From Octopus vulgaris (taxonomy: Eukaryota), in NCBI GenBank assembly GCA_951406725.2, contig OX597824.1:85312001-85376000 (forward strand): a DNA stretch of 64,000 nt, written 5' to 3'. Below are positions 26,084-40,837 of the stretch, one piece after another. Every line of letters begins with the position of its first letter. Positions within the stretch are counted from its first letter, which is position 1. The notes under the pieces were generated by a model. That model saw only the letters and a list, made by a program, of their open reading frames with translations, did no database searches and had not been told where the DNA came from. A program made the position numbers and the translations under genes.

Positions 26084-26250
26084 CGGAGCCGTCTTTGCAG
26101 CAATTATAGGCACCCCAGGCAAATTAATGAAGTAGGCCCTATAGTAATTATTTATTGATAGTAAGCTATACAGAGACCATAACTGGGCTATTAGTTCCCT
26201 GAGGCCCACGGGTAACTGCCCAGCGTGCCCGTGTTTTAAAACAGCAGTTT
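26084..26250. mobile_element. Possible hAT MITE
   Basis: CGGAGCCGTCTT start and GCCCAGCGTGCCCGTGTTTTAAAACAGCAG end resemble CAGGGCCGTCTT-type hAT ends; degenerate. Confidence 0.4.
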
Positions 26251-27162
26251 GCATCCGTATAAATATAAGTGTTTACACATATACACATGCGTATATATGT
26301 ACAGGCACATATGTATACATACATTCGTACAGACATAAAAGCATGCTTAGTACATACATACAAACATACATACATCATACATATGGACGCACACATACAC
26401 ACATACGTACGTGCATACATTCATATTTGAGATGTATTTACTAACACATGTACATGCGTACATGTATACAGGCACACACATAGACACATACATACAAACG
26501 TACATACATACACACATGCACACATATAGACATACACATATATACATATACACAAACATACATACACATATACATACACACATTCATACATACGTACGTA
26601 CATACAGACGTATACACATACATATATACACATACATATGTTCATACATACATATATACACACGTACATACACACACATACATACATAATGCACACACAC
26701 ACATACATACATACACACATACATACACATACACACATATACACATACATACACACACACAAAACACACATACACACATACATACACACATACATACATA
26801 CACACACACAAAATACACATACACACACATACATACACACACAAAACACATCTACATACATACATATATACACACATACATGCACACATACATACATACA
26901 CATACACAAAACACACATACATACACACATACATACACACACACATACACAGAACTCACATACATACACACAGACACATACATACATACATACATACATA
27001 TATAATACATACATACATACATTCATACATACATACATACATACGCACACACACACATACACACACACACATACATAAACACACGGCCATCCACATACAC
27101 ATAACGGTTCAAGAGCAAAAAAAGAATAAAATAATAATAAAAAAATCAAAAAAGGTACTCAC

Positions 27163-27560
27163 GATATATCGACCGTGGAAACGCATTCGCTTCGCTTAAA
27201 AGTCCGATAGGGAAAAGTCTTGCGCAGTTCTAAGATAATGTACTCGTTAGAATTAATGTTGGTGTTGGAAGTATTGATGTTAACGATGATGATGATGATG
27301 ATGATAATAAGAATGACAACGATGATGACGACGACGACGACGACGAATATGATGATGTGAATAATGTTGATCCTGATGTTGTTTGTTGCTGTTGTGGTTG
27401 TTTGTTGTTTGTGTTTGGAGTTGTGTTGGGGCTAGGGCGGGGCAGGGCGGTGCGGTGTTCGTTAGAGGTGTTTGCGGTGCGGTTGGTGAGGTTCATGGTA
27501 CGTGTAGTTGTCGGCGCTTAATATTGCGTTGGTGCTGCTACTGCTGCTGCTGTTGTTGTT

Positions 27561-27593
<33 letters not shown>

Positions 27594-27750
27594 GATGATT
27601 GTGGTGATTGTGATGGTGATGATGACGTTGTTGCTGGTGTTGTGCTTTCGCGACGGCGCGGCTTTGGATGTGATGGGAATCATATTGTTTGTATTGCTTT
27701 CGGTCCGTATCTTCTGATGTCTCCTTGCATAGAAGTGTTTGTAGTAGTAG
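27163..27750 (-). other. Candidate 5' exon (UTR or short ORF) of a minus-strand gene
   Basis: CpG- and triplet-rich unique sequence ending at GTGAGTA followed by a T-rich tract (minus strand 27162-27156); contains ORF 27230..27496 in ACCATGA context. Confidence 0.3.
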
Positions 27751-27800
27751 CAGTAGTAGTAATAATAGTAGTTGTAGTAGCAGCAGCAGCAACAACAGTT

Positions 27801-27870
<70 letters not shown>

Positions 27871-28149
27871 CAGCAGCAGCAGCAGCAGAAGCAGCAGCAG
27901 TAGCTGTTAGTAGTAGTAGTAGTAATAGTAGTAGTAGTAGTAGTAGTAGTAATAATAATAGTAGTAGTAGTAGTAGTTACTGTTGTCGAAGTTGGCAGTA
28001 TTGAAAAAAAGAAAACCGAAAAACAAAGATAAAAAACCCAAAACACAGAAAACCCAACTAGTAGAAGTACTAAAACAGCAACGTAAATATATATCTATAC
28101 ATATATATATATATATATAAGTACCTTGTGTTATTAGCATCCGTTTTAC

Positions 28150-28230
<81 letters not shown>
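27741..28230. repeat. Trinucleotide repeat cluster (GTA, GCA, CTA, CTG)
   Basis: Direct inspection; a second cluster lies at 30200-30750. Confidence 0.95.
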
Positions 28231-28231
<1 letters not shown>

Positions 28232-28661
28232 AGTAATCGTAGTAGTAGTCGCTGTATGAATGGAAGTATTCGGTGCTGGTTTTTTGTTTTTGTTTTTGCT
28301 TTCGTCGTTACTGTAGCGGTAGCAGTGTTTATAGTAATAATAATAGCTGCAACACTACACAGTATGCGATCGCACAAAAAGTTTCATAGTAGTATTAGTA
28401 GGATGAGGAGGTGGAGGATGAGGAAGAGTACTTGTAGTAGTAGTAGTAGTAGTTGTAGTCTTTAGTAGTTAAAAAGTTTCAAGTCGTCGTCGACTTCTAC
28501 AGTGACTGCAAAAACAACAAAACAACAAAACAAGGACGACAATAACAACAGCAACAACAACTGCAGGAATAACAACAACGATTTGTATATATATCAAACT
28601 ACACGTATTTATGTATATATTTACACGTACGTATGAATGTTCACGTGTGTGTGTGTTTGTA

Positions 28662-29015
28662 TGGCAGAATCGTTAGCACGCCGGGCGAAATGCTTTGCGG
28701 TATTTCGTCCGCCGCTGCGTTCTGAGTTCAAATTCCGCCGAGATTGACTTTGCCTTTCATCCTTTCGGGATCGATAAATAAAGTACCAGTTACGCACTGG
28801 GGTCGATGTAATCGACTTGATCCGTTTGTCTGTCCTTGCTTGTCTCCTCTGTGTTTAGCCCCTTGTGGGTAGTAAAGAAATAGAATCGTTAGCACGCCGG
28901 GCAACACGCTTAGCGACATTTCTTATGTTCTGAGTTCAAATTCTGCCGTGGTCGATATAATCGACTAGATCCCACTCCCATAATTGCTGGCCTTGTGCCA
29001 AAATTTGAAACCAGT
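28662..29015 (+). mobile_element. SINE B long-tail/short-tail chimera
   Basis: The long-tail copy is followed directly by GAATCGTTAGCACGCCGGGC and a deleted short-tail body. Confidence 0.8.
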
Positions 29016-29060
29016 AAATGTGTGTGTGTATGTGTGTGTGTGTGTGTGTGTGTGTATACA

Positions 29061-29283
29061 CGAAAGTATGCCGAAATGTTCCTGATTTTAGCTAAAAGAA
29101 AATACTGGAGGATCTGTTAATTATGACTTTATTCAACATATTCCCTTCTCAGATTCACACACTAATTGCAGCGGCCCTTAAGTTACTTTTTTTTAAAGCA
29201 ATGTAAAAGAACTCGGAAGGTTGGCCCTCCAACCAGGCTTTTCGTGACTCCTTTAAAACCAGGAAATTCTCAACATCCCTTCG
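29061..29283 (-). mobile_element. Hsmar2-like MITE, copy 2
   Basis: Reverse-complement homolog of 2891-3108 over its whole length. Confidence 0.75.
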
Positions 29284-30412
29284 TATATCAGGGGCCATCG
29301 AAAGAATTATGCTAGATAGGGCAAAGTTTGCTTTCGGGACCCGACAAAGGTGGGATCCATTCAGATTTGAAGGAGACTACGAGTTTTTATTTTCTTTGTT
29401 TTTGGTGGGAGCGGTGGGGGTAGAAGGGCCCGGTGTATAGTCAAGGTCCGTTCCTTGGCTCTGGACCCATGTGCCGCGCCTCGATCCCACGCTTTTATAG
29501 ACCTTGTATCTTTTATCTTTCACTTGTTTCAGTCATTAGACTGCGGCCATGCTGGGGCTCGCCTCGAATAATTTTTAGTCGAATGAATCAACCCCAGTAC
29601 TTAATATTCTTTTTAAGCCTGGTGCTTATTTTATTATTCTCTTTTGCCGAACCGCTAAGTAAACATACCAACACAACTGTCAGGCGGTCGTGGGGAGGGG
29701 GACAAAATCACACACACACACATGACAGGCTTCTTTCAGTTTCCATTCACAAGGCTTTGGTCGGCCCCGAAGCTATAGTTGAATACACTTACCCAAGGTG
29801 CCACGCAGTGGACCCGAACCCGGAACCATGTGGTTGAGAAGCAAACTTCTTTACCACACGGCCACGCCTGCGCTTTATGAATAAACGTTCGGCCGAACAT
29901 CAGTTTATGCACGAGTTAAGTGTATGATCAAACTCGCCTGCATATGTGTGTATATGTGTGTGTGTGTGTGTGAGAATACAGTGTGTGTGTGCTCTTATAT
30001 AGTGTGTGTGTGCTTGCGAGGCTGCATTTGTATGCAGATGTTCTGTAGGCATGTGAATGTTAGATTTATTTGGGCCGCGAGTGTGCATGCTCTTGCGCAC
30101 GTAGGTATGATGATAGAAATCATCTCAACATCATCAAATACCGGTGTATGCTGTAATGGTGAGCGAGTCTCTTCTTCCCATTCAGGTTACCAGTAAGACC
30201 ACCACCTCCGCCGCCACCACCACCTCCGCCGCCGCCACCGCTGCCACCACCGCCGCCGCCACCGCACTTCTATTACTGCTACGGCTAACGAAGGAGCGTA
30301 GTCCGTCAACCCGCTAGAAATAGCAGCCAAATCTGCTTCAAATCACACTCTATTTTCTAAAATACATGATAACGTTGGACACTGAAGTCATAGAAATAAG
30401 CAAGCTACTACA

Positions 30413-30462
<50 letters not shown>

Positions 30463-30540
30463 CACCACCACCACCACCACCACCACCGCCGCCACCAACA
30501 CCACCACCACCACCACCATCACCACCATCACCACCACCAT

Positions 30541-30576
<36 letters not shown>

Positions 30577-30587
30577 CACCACGACTG

Positions 30588-30620
<33 letters not shown>

Positions 30621-30715
30621 AGCGGCAGCAGCTGTGACAGCGGCGGCGGTGGCGACAGCAGCAGCAGTAGCAGCAGCAGTAGTAGTAGCAACAGCAACAG
30701 CAGCAACAACAATGC

Positions 30716-30748
<33 letters not shown>

Positions 30749-31544
30749 CATGTCTGCGACTCACTTCTAACTTTGAATTGTACTCGCTCTGCTAGTAAGA
30801 CGATGTTTTCGTACGGATGAATGGATGATCAAATGAATGGTTTCGCTGGTTGACGCGGGTGGGGTTGATTAGATAGTCAACGGCGCGACCTTAACAGAAA
30901 CGTATGTAACAATAACGAAGATGCAACCGGGTGGCGGGGCCTCGTTGGGGGAATATGTGTTTGGGTTAGAAGGAACTTCGACGCGGGTGGCGGGGTTACT
31001 CGACCTACCATAAATGGCACTCTAACTCTCATTTCGTTCAAACTACACTCTTACCTTCATAGCAGAAGGATACATTAGATAATATAGTCAGTTCTATAGA
31101 TGAGTAGTTCTCAACCGGGGTCCATATGGCCCTTTGGGGGAGGGGGGTTCATATAAGATTTTGTTGTTAAAATTTATTTGCAATAAATTGGTTATATTTC
31201 TACAATCGATACTCTCTCTCTCTCTTTTACTCTTTTACTTGTTTCAGTCATTTGACTGCGGCCATGCTGGAGCACCGCCTTTAGTCGAGTAAATCGACCC
31301 CTGGAATTATTCTTTGTAAGCCTAGTACTTATTCTATCGGTCACTTTTTGCCGAACCGCTAAGTTACGTGGACGTAAATACACCAGCATCGGTTGTCAAG
31401 CGATGTTGCGCGTGGGGACAAATACAGACACACAAACACACACACATATACATATATATACATATATATGACGGACTTCTTTCAGTTTCAGCCTACCAAA
31501 TCCACTCACAAGGCTTTGGTCGGCCCATGGCTATAGTAGAAGTG

Positions 31545-32340
<796 letters not shown>

Positions 32341-32558
32341 GGCAAATGTAGACATTCACACACACACACGCGCACAAGCACAGACACGCGCGCGCGCATA
32401 TATGTGGCTGTGTGGTAAGAAGCTGGCTTCCCAACCACATCGTTCCAGGTTCAGTCGCACTGCACTGCATGGCAATTTACGGAAGTTTCTTCTATAACCT
32501 CGAGTCAACCAAAACCTTGTGAGTGGATTTGATAGACGGAAACTGAAAGAAGCCCGTC

Positions 32559-32603
<45 letters not shown>

Positions 32604-32819
32604 CATACATACAAATGTATGTATATACAAACATTCTCTAATTATATAATTATAAACATAATTATAATTAGCCGCTGACCATATCTTTTATCCCTTATAC
32701 TTGTTTTAGTACCATTTGTTCGAGCATTCTAACTCATACTTGTTGCACAACTCCTAGTGTATTTCGCACTGCCACCTAATCATAGCGTTTTTTGTACACT
32801 TTTGGGGCCAGTTTTGAGC

Positions 32820-32870
<51 letters not shown>

Positions 32871-34689
32871 GGCGGCAAGCTGGCAGAATCGTTAGCGCGC
32901 TGGACGGAATATTTAGCGGTATTTCGCCCGTCGCTACGTTCCGAGTTCAAATTCTGCCGCGGTTCACTTTGCCTTTCATCCTTTCGTGATCGAGAAATTA
33001 GGTACCAGTTACCCACTGGTGTCGATGTAATCGACTATTCACCCCCACCCACAAATTTCAGACCTTGTGCCTATAGTAGAAAGGATTATTATTATTATTA
33101 TTACTTCCCTTTCACTTCTCAGAGCTCTCGACTTTACTTGCTCCGGTTACTTCCGTAAAAACGGAGAGTAGCCTGTTGTCAAAGATCTGACAGGGATACT
33201 TAACACCCTTTCATTTCTTCGTGATCGATAAAATAAAATTATTAGTCAAGTAATGAGATTGGTGCAATCGACATGCCCCCTACCTTTAAAATTACTGACT
33301 TTGCATGCTGCAGCGGAGAAGTGTCCCGTCCAGGAGTAATGTGGTTTCGGTCCTTTATACGCCATAGAAGCCGGATAACCGACCTTCTCAATCCTAAGAC
33401 TCTTTCATCTTTTACTTGTTTGAATCATTCGACTGGGGCACCGCCTTGAAAAAAAATTTAGTCGAACGAATCAATCCCAGTACTTGTTTTTAAAGCCTCT
33501 ATCGGTCACTTTTGTCGAATCGCCAATTTATGGGGTCGTAAGCGCACCAACTCTGGTTGTCAATCGATAGTGGGGGAAAAACACAGACAAAAGCTCTCCC
33601 TCTCTCATACACACGGCTTTGGTCGGGCCGAAGCTATTGTAGGAGATGCTAGTCCAAGGTTCCACGCAGTGGAGCAAAAACCCGGATCCATGTGGTTGGG
33701 AAGCGATCCTCTGGCTACTCAGCCACGCCTGCGCCTACAGAATATACAGAACATTCAAAGCCTAACTAAAAATATACGATAAGGAAAATACGATATTCCC
33801 CAATGACAAATGTTACGTCCATTTTTTTTTTCCTTTTCAGTATAAGAAGTAACTATGAACATATTTTGGATTTATTCTGACCTCATCAGTGAAACTTAAC
33901 CTTCGCTGTACTTGGTGAAATAAATGGAGAAGATGATAAGCTTTTTAATGTTGGAAAAAGGAGTTGTCAAGGATTTTAAATAATTCAGAAGCAATATAAC
34001 GTAATGGACGGAGCCCGAAGAAATCTAGAAGCAAATATGCGTTGAGGAAAAAGTAAAATAATAACAATAATCCTTTCTACTATAGGCACAAGGCCTGAAA
34101 TTTTGGGGTAGGGAGATAGTCATTTACATCGACCCCAAAACTTGACTAGTACTTAATTTATCGACCCCGAATGGATGTAAGGCAAAGTAGACCTCGGCGG
34201 AATTTGAACTCAGAACGTAAAGATGGGCGACATGCCGTAAGTATTTTGTCCGGGATAGTAACGATTTGGCCAGCTTGCCTAATATTTGCTAATAAGCTGT
34301 AGTGACATTGCTAGGAAAACATCTCTGCTATCAAACTGTAACGAGGTATTTATCCCCCTCTCCAGCACTATCCAGAATGTTGACATTGCTAACTCTGACA
34401 CCTGATATTAAAAAGTAAAATAAAGGTCGAAATTTGTCGTTGAACTGAAGATAAAAATGTTTTGGAAGAAAGAAAGATAGATAGATAGATGGACAGAGAG
34501 AGAGGAAAAACAGAAGCATTTAACAAGGTTGAGTAACGACATCTGGTGGCAAATGTCTGTAAATGGGTTTTTAATAGTAAGCCTCTGCCGCCTGCGTTGC
34601 CATCGCCAACTTTATACCAGTAACGTCATCACTTAACCATGGACAACATCCTCCATCATATAACATACACGCGCGCACACACACACGTG

Positions 34690-34745
<56 letters not shown>

Positions 34746-35170
34746 TTAGGACTACTCGTTACCATAGAAGAGATAAACAATTCTTTCTAATATTGCCACA
34801 AGGATTGAAATTTTGGAGTTGGAGGTTAGTCGATGACATCAACCGCAGTACGTGACTGGTATTTATTTTATTGACCCTGAAAGATAAAAGTCAAATTTGA
34901 CCTCGGCGGTATTTGAACGCAGAACGTAAAGAGCTGGAAGAAATGCCGATAAGCCTTTTGTCCGGTGCGCTAACGATTCTGTCAGCTCGCCGCCTTTCGT
35001 TGAGCTAAATAAAATTTTTATTTTGATCGAATTCTACATGTGGGTGCACAAAGTCTAAAAGGCGTGGTGCTTCCCAACCATATGGTTCCTGGTTCAGACC
35101 CAGGGTGTGGAACCTCAAGCAAGTGTTCTCTACAATAGCCTCGGGCCGATCATAAGCTTGTCAATATATA

Positions 35171-36438
35171 TTGGGTTGGCAAGAAAGTATTTTCGGTATT
35201 TTAGTGTGAAATAAAAGTCATTTTTTTCATACAAAGAATGAACTTTAATTAATTATATATTTTCCATTTTATTTGATGACCTTTTGCCATCTTTCTGGGA
35301 ACTTCATGAAACCGCGCTCATAGAACTTCTGGTTCTTATCGGCCAAACTGAAGCAAGTGCGATTTCAGGTCATCATCACTATTGAAAGTTTTACCATTTA
35401 ATGAATTTTACAAACTTCGAAATAAATGGTAATTTGATGGTGCAAGGTCAGGGCTATATGGTGGATGTGACATCACTTCCCAACCAAGCTCCAATAATTT
35501 TTTTACGAGTTAGTAAAGACGTGTGTCATGGCGGAACACAATTCTTTTACGATTTGCCAATTCTGGCCGTTTTTCTATGATTGCTTCCTTCATTTGTCGT
35601 TGACAGAAAATATCTGAATTGATTATTTGATTCCTTGGAAGCAGCTCAAAATACACAACACCTACGTAACCCTACCAAATTCACAGCATGATTCTTTTTG
35701 ATGCAATTTAGCTTTCGATGTGGTTTGTCCTGGTTCATTACGCTTGGACCATGACCGTTTTCGATTGATGTTATTGTAGACAATCCATTTTCATCACCAG
35801 TCATGATTCGTTTAAAAAAAAAAAAAACGTCGATTTTATTGCGTTTGAGAAGCATATCGCAAATATTGATTCGTTGTGTTAAGCGAATCTCTTTCGGTTT
35901 ATGTGGAACCCAAATATCGAGCTTCTTAACGAGTCCAAGACATTTTAAGTGATTTTCAATTGTTGTGTGATACATTTAGCCTCTCTGCAATCTCTCGCAC
36001 AGTTATACGACACTCAGGTTCAGTTATGGCTTTGATTCGGTTATCATCAACTTCAGTAGGTCAACCAGAACGTTGGTCACCTTTGAGTGAAAAATCTCCA
36101 GAACGGAATTTTTATAATCATTACTGACATGTGCGTTCTGTTAAGCAATCAACACCATAAACTTCACATATATCTCTTTGTGAACCTTAGTAGCTTTCTT
36201 GCCTTTACGGAAAAAAGCAAAATATGGTGAAAATGTTCCTTTTTGCACTCCATGTTAAAATTGACACTGAACTAACAGCTGTAAACAAAATTACGCGCAA
36301 TTTGCCTCTAAAGTAAGCTAAAAGTAACGGGTATAAAATTTCAAGAGGGAAAAGAATCATAACATTGGCAAAAGTCATTCAAAAAAATCGTAACTCCATC
36401 TAGTTGCGAAAAACGAAATTTCTTTCTTGCCAACCCGA
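35171..36438 (-). mobile_element. Mariner (DD34D type, mellifera-like TIR), near full length, decayed transposase
   Basis: TA|TTGGGTTGGCAAGAAAG...CTTTCTTGCCAACCCGA|TA, 1268 bp; motifs DIWVPH, IMTGDE, GWEVMSHPPYSPDLAPSNYHLFRSL and ERWQKVI, with stops and frameshifts. Confidence 0.92.
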
Positions 36439-36667
36439 TATATAAAGGCGCTAGGTACGGATCAAGGCTGATTTGGATTTCAATAACGAGATCATCGACA
36501 ACATAAACACGGATGATTTACGTAGTCACTCCTTCAACTCGTTAGGGAAACCATGCAAGCCTTCCTAACATACTGCTCGAGCCGTCTTAAAAGAACGAAG
36601 GACGATTTAGATAACGGTAATCCTAGATACATTATGTCCGAGAAAAAAAAAACGAAAACAAACGAAA

Positions 36668-36977
36668 TGAAGAAGAAGAAGAAGAAGAAGAAGAAGACGA
36701 AGAAGAAGAAGAAGAAGAAGAAGAAGGAGAAGGAGAAGAAGAAGACGAAGGGAACGAAGAAGAAGAAGAAGGGAACGAAGAAGGGGGAGAAGAAGAAGAA
36801 GAAGACGAAGGGAACGAAGAAGAAGAAGAGGATGAAGAAGAAGAAGACGAAGGGAACGAAGAAGGAGGAGGAGAGGATGAAGAAGAAGAAGACGAAGGGA
36901 ACGAAGAAGAAGAAGAAGAAGAAGAAGAAGAAGAAGAAGAAGAAGAAGAAGAAGAAGAAGAAGAAGAAGAAGAAGAA
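36668..36977. repeat. (GAA)n tract with a recurring GACGAAGGGAACGAAG unit
   Basis: Direct inspection; the unit occurs four times. Confidence 0.9.
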
Positions 36978-37604
36978 GGTGGCGGTGGTGGTAACGACGA
37001 TAACGACGGCGACGAATTCCGAACCCGAATGTATGGAAAAGCCGACATTTGTCACCTTAATCCTCGCTGTTTACTTCCAGCTGGCAATGTTCAAGCACGA
37101 GTATCTTATTATTATCTGAAGTGGGTGGAAGCAGAAATGGGAATGACATGGGTGGTAAGGTATAAATAGAATAGATATATGTTAGACATATAATCTGGGT
37201 ATTTGCCGAGATATGAGGGTGGATAAGGCTTTGGAGTTGCCCTATTCTTCTAACAGGGGGCTATCCCCCGGTGTAAATTCAAACATAGAGACATACCTAC
37301 ATATATACACATATGCGTGCGTTTGTGTGCCTGTTTATGTATAATGATACTAATAACCAGTTGTTAGAACTCAACATACAAATGCTTTATAATTGGGTGT
37401 TAGGAGAATACAGACCGTAAGCGAACAGGAGCCACGTAATTGCTTACATTAGCTTACAACTGTTTCTGCTTATAATAAACAGTGCACGCAGAGCTCAGCC
37501 CTTGTGCAACAAAACACACTCTTCATTTTAATTGTTCTGAAGAAGATACAAGATGTCGGACAAACATTCTGCTTTGAGTACACTCATCTCGTAGCAGAAA
37601 CAGC

Positions 37605-38033
37605 GGATCTTTTCGGTTTGAACGGCAGTTTTTTTCTAGCGGTGACACATGAAATTGTCACCCATAATTATGACCCTAGAATCGATCTATTGCATTTCAA
37701 TCTCTTTTAGGGTTAGGGTTAGGATTAGGGTTAGGGGTGGGAGAAGGATATCTTTTTTTCTTCACAAATGTAAGTAAGCCCAATCTGTTTCTTAAACGAG
37801 GGACATATTCATACGGCACAGAATGCTTTTTAACTCAACAGACGTCACTGATTGGTTGAACTTGCAGAAATTGAAGAAAAACAACAACAAATATCTTACA
37901 AACTATAGAATTTTCTCAATAAAGCCAAGAGAAAAAGATGGTTTATAAACACATTCTACCACTATATGAAGTTTAAAATTTTTTAGTTACCTAGAAATTA
38001 TTTTTTAAATCTGCCGGTCAAACCGAAACATCT
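37605..38033. mobile_element. TIR-bounded MITE with internal (TTAGGG)5
   Basis: GGATCTTTTCGGTTTGAACGGCAG versus CTGCCGGTCAAACCGAAACATCT; TTAGGG units at 37707-37736 (one is TTAGGA). Confidence 0.7.
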
Positions 38034-38158
38034 GTAAGCAAATGAAGGTGATTACATGACTTCTGTTCTCTTGTCATGAACTTGTAACTAGAGTACACAA
38101 GCCGTCAACAATGACGGCGAGTGTTTCAGTAACCTTTGTGATAATTACAACATTCTGG

Positions 38159-38216
<58 letters not shown>

Positions 38217-38375
38217 TATTGAATTCATCCAATTTTGCCAAAATAACAAGAAAATAAGAAAATTATATTTATCACCCTCAAATATTATGCATCATATAAT
38301 TATTGACTACTGTTAATAAGTACAATATGTTGTAGCCAATGGCATGTTTATGTATTCAAAACTACCGAAATATAT

Positions 38376-38478
<103 letters not shown>

Positions 38479-38637
38479 TGTACTCGATTTTAGAAACCAG
38501 GTTACATACATTTCCTAAAGGTTTTCACGGGACAGTAGGTTTAGTTTACGCAAAAGTCGTGCATTTAATCTGTGTGTGCGTATGTTTGTATTAGCAATGA
38601 TTGCATGATCAAAACTGACCTAAGATTAAGTAACACC

Positions 38638-39052
38638 TATTTCTTTACTACCCACAAGGGGCTAAACACAGAGAAGACAAACAAGGACAGATAAACGGAT
38701 TAAGTCGATTATAACGACCCCAGTGTTACTGGTACTTAATTTATCGACCCCGAAAGGATGAAAGGCAAAGTCGACCTCGGCGGAATTTGAACTCAGAACG
38801 TAGCGGCAGACGAAATACCTATTTCTTTACTACCCACAAGGGGCTAAACACAGAGAGAACAAGCAAGGACAGACAGACGGATTAAGTCGATTATAACGAC
38901 CCCAGTGCGTAATTGGTACTTATTTAATCGACCCCGAAAGGATGAAAGGTAAAGTCGACCTCGGCGGAATTTGAACTCAGAACGTGACGGCAGACGAAAT
39001 ACGGTTACGCATTCGCCCGGCGTGTTAACGTTTCTGCAAGCTCGCCGCCTTA
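38638..39052 (-). mobile_element. SINE B dimer
   Basis: Head plus two units; junction AAGAAATA|GGTATTTCG at 38820; the second unit is 182 bp. Confidence 0.9.
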
Positions 39053-39619
39053 GTAGGAAGGAGAACAGCAACACAACATTATGTCTTGTCACAAAATACG
39101 ATACACTTGCGTGATTTTTCCGATACAATCGCGAGGCCTACAGAATCATTTGAACTCAGCACCAAGATTTAATAAAACTTTCATTAATTTCAGAGAATGT
39201 GTTCTTAAACAGAAGAGCCGATTGTGAAAACAGGAATCGCAATGTGACGTCAGAGACAAGCAAAAGCTTAAGACTATGTCAGACACGTATCAGGTAGAAT
39301 CCAAAGTTCCGATGAATAATATTCTCCATTACATCTGGTTGGTATTTAAACTAGCTCCACTAAAATCCTACTTGAGTCGATGAATCAAACGTTTAGGATT
39401 CCAGATTGACGGCTGACACTCTTCATACCGTCTGTCTTTCTTTATTACGCCTACATTTTACAAGCTACATAGCACGTAAGAAATGTTTGCATACATATGC
39501 ACAAGACGCTACATTACTGTACACACACACACACACACACACACATTTCGATAGAGAATCGCACATACATACATACGTACATACGTGTATATATATATAC
39601 ATATATATATATGTATATA

Positions 39620-39671
<52 letters not shown>

Positions 39672-39713
39672 TACATACATACATATATATGTATATACAC
39701 GCACAAATATCTG

Positions 39714-39758
<45 letters not shown>

Positions 39759-39851
39759 CAACAATTGAGGGTAAAATTAATTAATTATTAATCAATTTCA
39801 CCAAGTGTTCAGTATGCAAAGGGACCATTTAAGGCGAATTCAAATTATTAC

Positions 39852-39920
39852 ATTATATAAAAGGGCTTAGTAAAATAAATTACAGTATGCGGCAAAGTAA
39901 TTTATTTTACTAAGCCCTTT

Positions 39921-39928
<8 letters not shown>
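39852..39928. repeat. Perfect 32-bp inverted repeat with 13-nt loop, inside (TA)n
   Basis: Arms 39852-39883 and 39897-39928; related element at 11495-11710. Confidence 0.9.
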
Positions 39929-39978
<50 letters not shown>

Positions 39979-40615
39979 GTGTGTGTGTGTGTGTGTGTGT
40001 GTTTGTGCCCCCACCATCGCTTACACCGGCAAAAGAGACGGATAGAATAAGTACTAGGCTCACAAAGAATAAGTCCTGGGGTCGATTTGTTCGACTAAAG
40101 GTAGTGCTCCAGCATGGCTACAGTCAAATGACTGAAATAAGTAAAAGAATAAAATAATAGAAAACTAATGAAATTATATATGTATGCGCGCGTGTTTCTA
40201 TCTATCTATCTATCTATTTGTCTGTCTGACTGTCTGTAGACATAAAAATATAATATTATATGAATATAATGAAACGATTATGAATGTTTTTTACGATGGT
40301 ATTAAAACGTGTTTTGTAAGAAAGCAATGAGCTTGTTTTGGTAAAATATTGATACACATTTTTGCAATATTTTTTTTTGTAAATAATTCCTGCATTTAAT
40401 GATAAACTGCGCGCGAACAAACACATGTACGCATACTGTATACACACATCCACTCACAGATACACACACATACATACATACATACATACATACATACATA
40501 CATACATACATTCATAAACCACCATATCTAGATAATTAGATATCATCTACCAATTATACACGTTAACTACGTCACATCTCCTCTGCTTCATAGTTCTCAA
40601 TATTGACTCGGTAAC

Positions 40616-40837
40616 AAGGTGGCGAGCTGGCAGAAACGTTAGCACGCCGGGCGAAATGCTTAGCGGTATTTCGTCTGCCGCTACGTTCTGAGTTCAAATT
40701 CCGCCGAGGTCGACTTTGCCTGTCAACCTTTCGGGATCGATGAATTAAGTACCAGTTGTGTACTGGGGTAGATCTAATCGTCTGGCTCCCTCCCCCAAAA
40801 TTTGGGGCCTTGTGCCTAGAGTAGAAGAAAAAAGAGG
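40616..40837 (+). mobile_element. SINE B short-tail
   Basis: Perfect 17-bp TSD AATATTGACTCGGTAAC (40599-40615, 40838-40854). Confidence 0.92.

Noticed and set aside
30350-30770. Poly-Pro, poly-Gly and poly-Leu ORFs
   Set aside because: Pure trinucleotide repeats open in several frames on both strands.
36553-37119. 188-aa poly-Lys ORF
   Set aside because: Driven by (GAA)n; the flanks show no recognisable domain or splice support.
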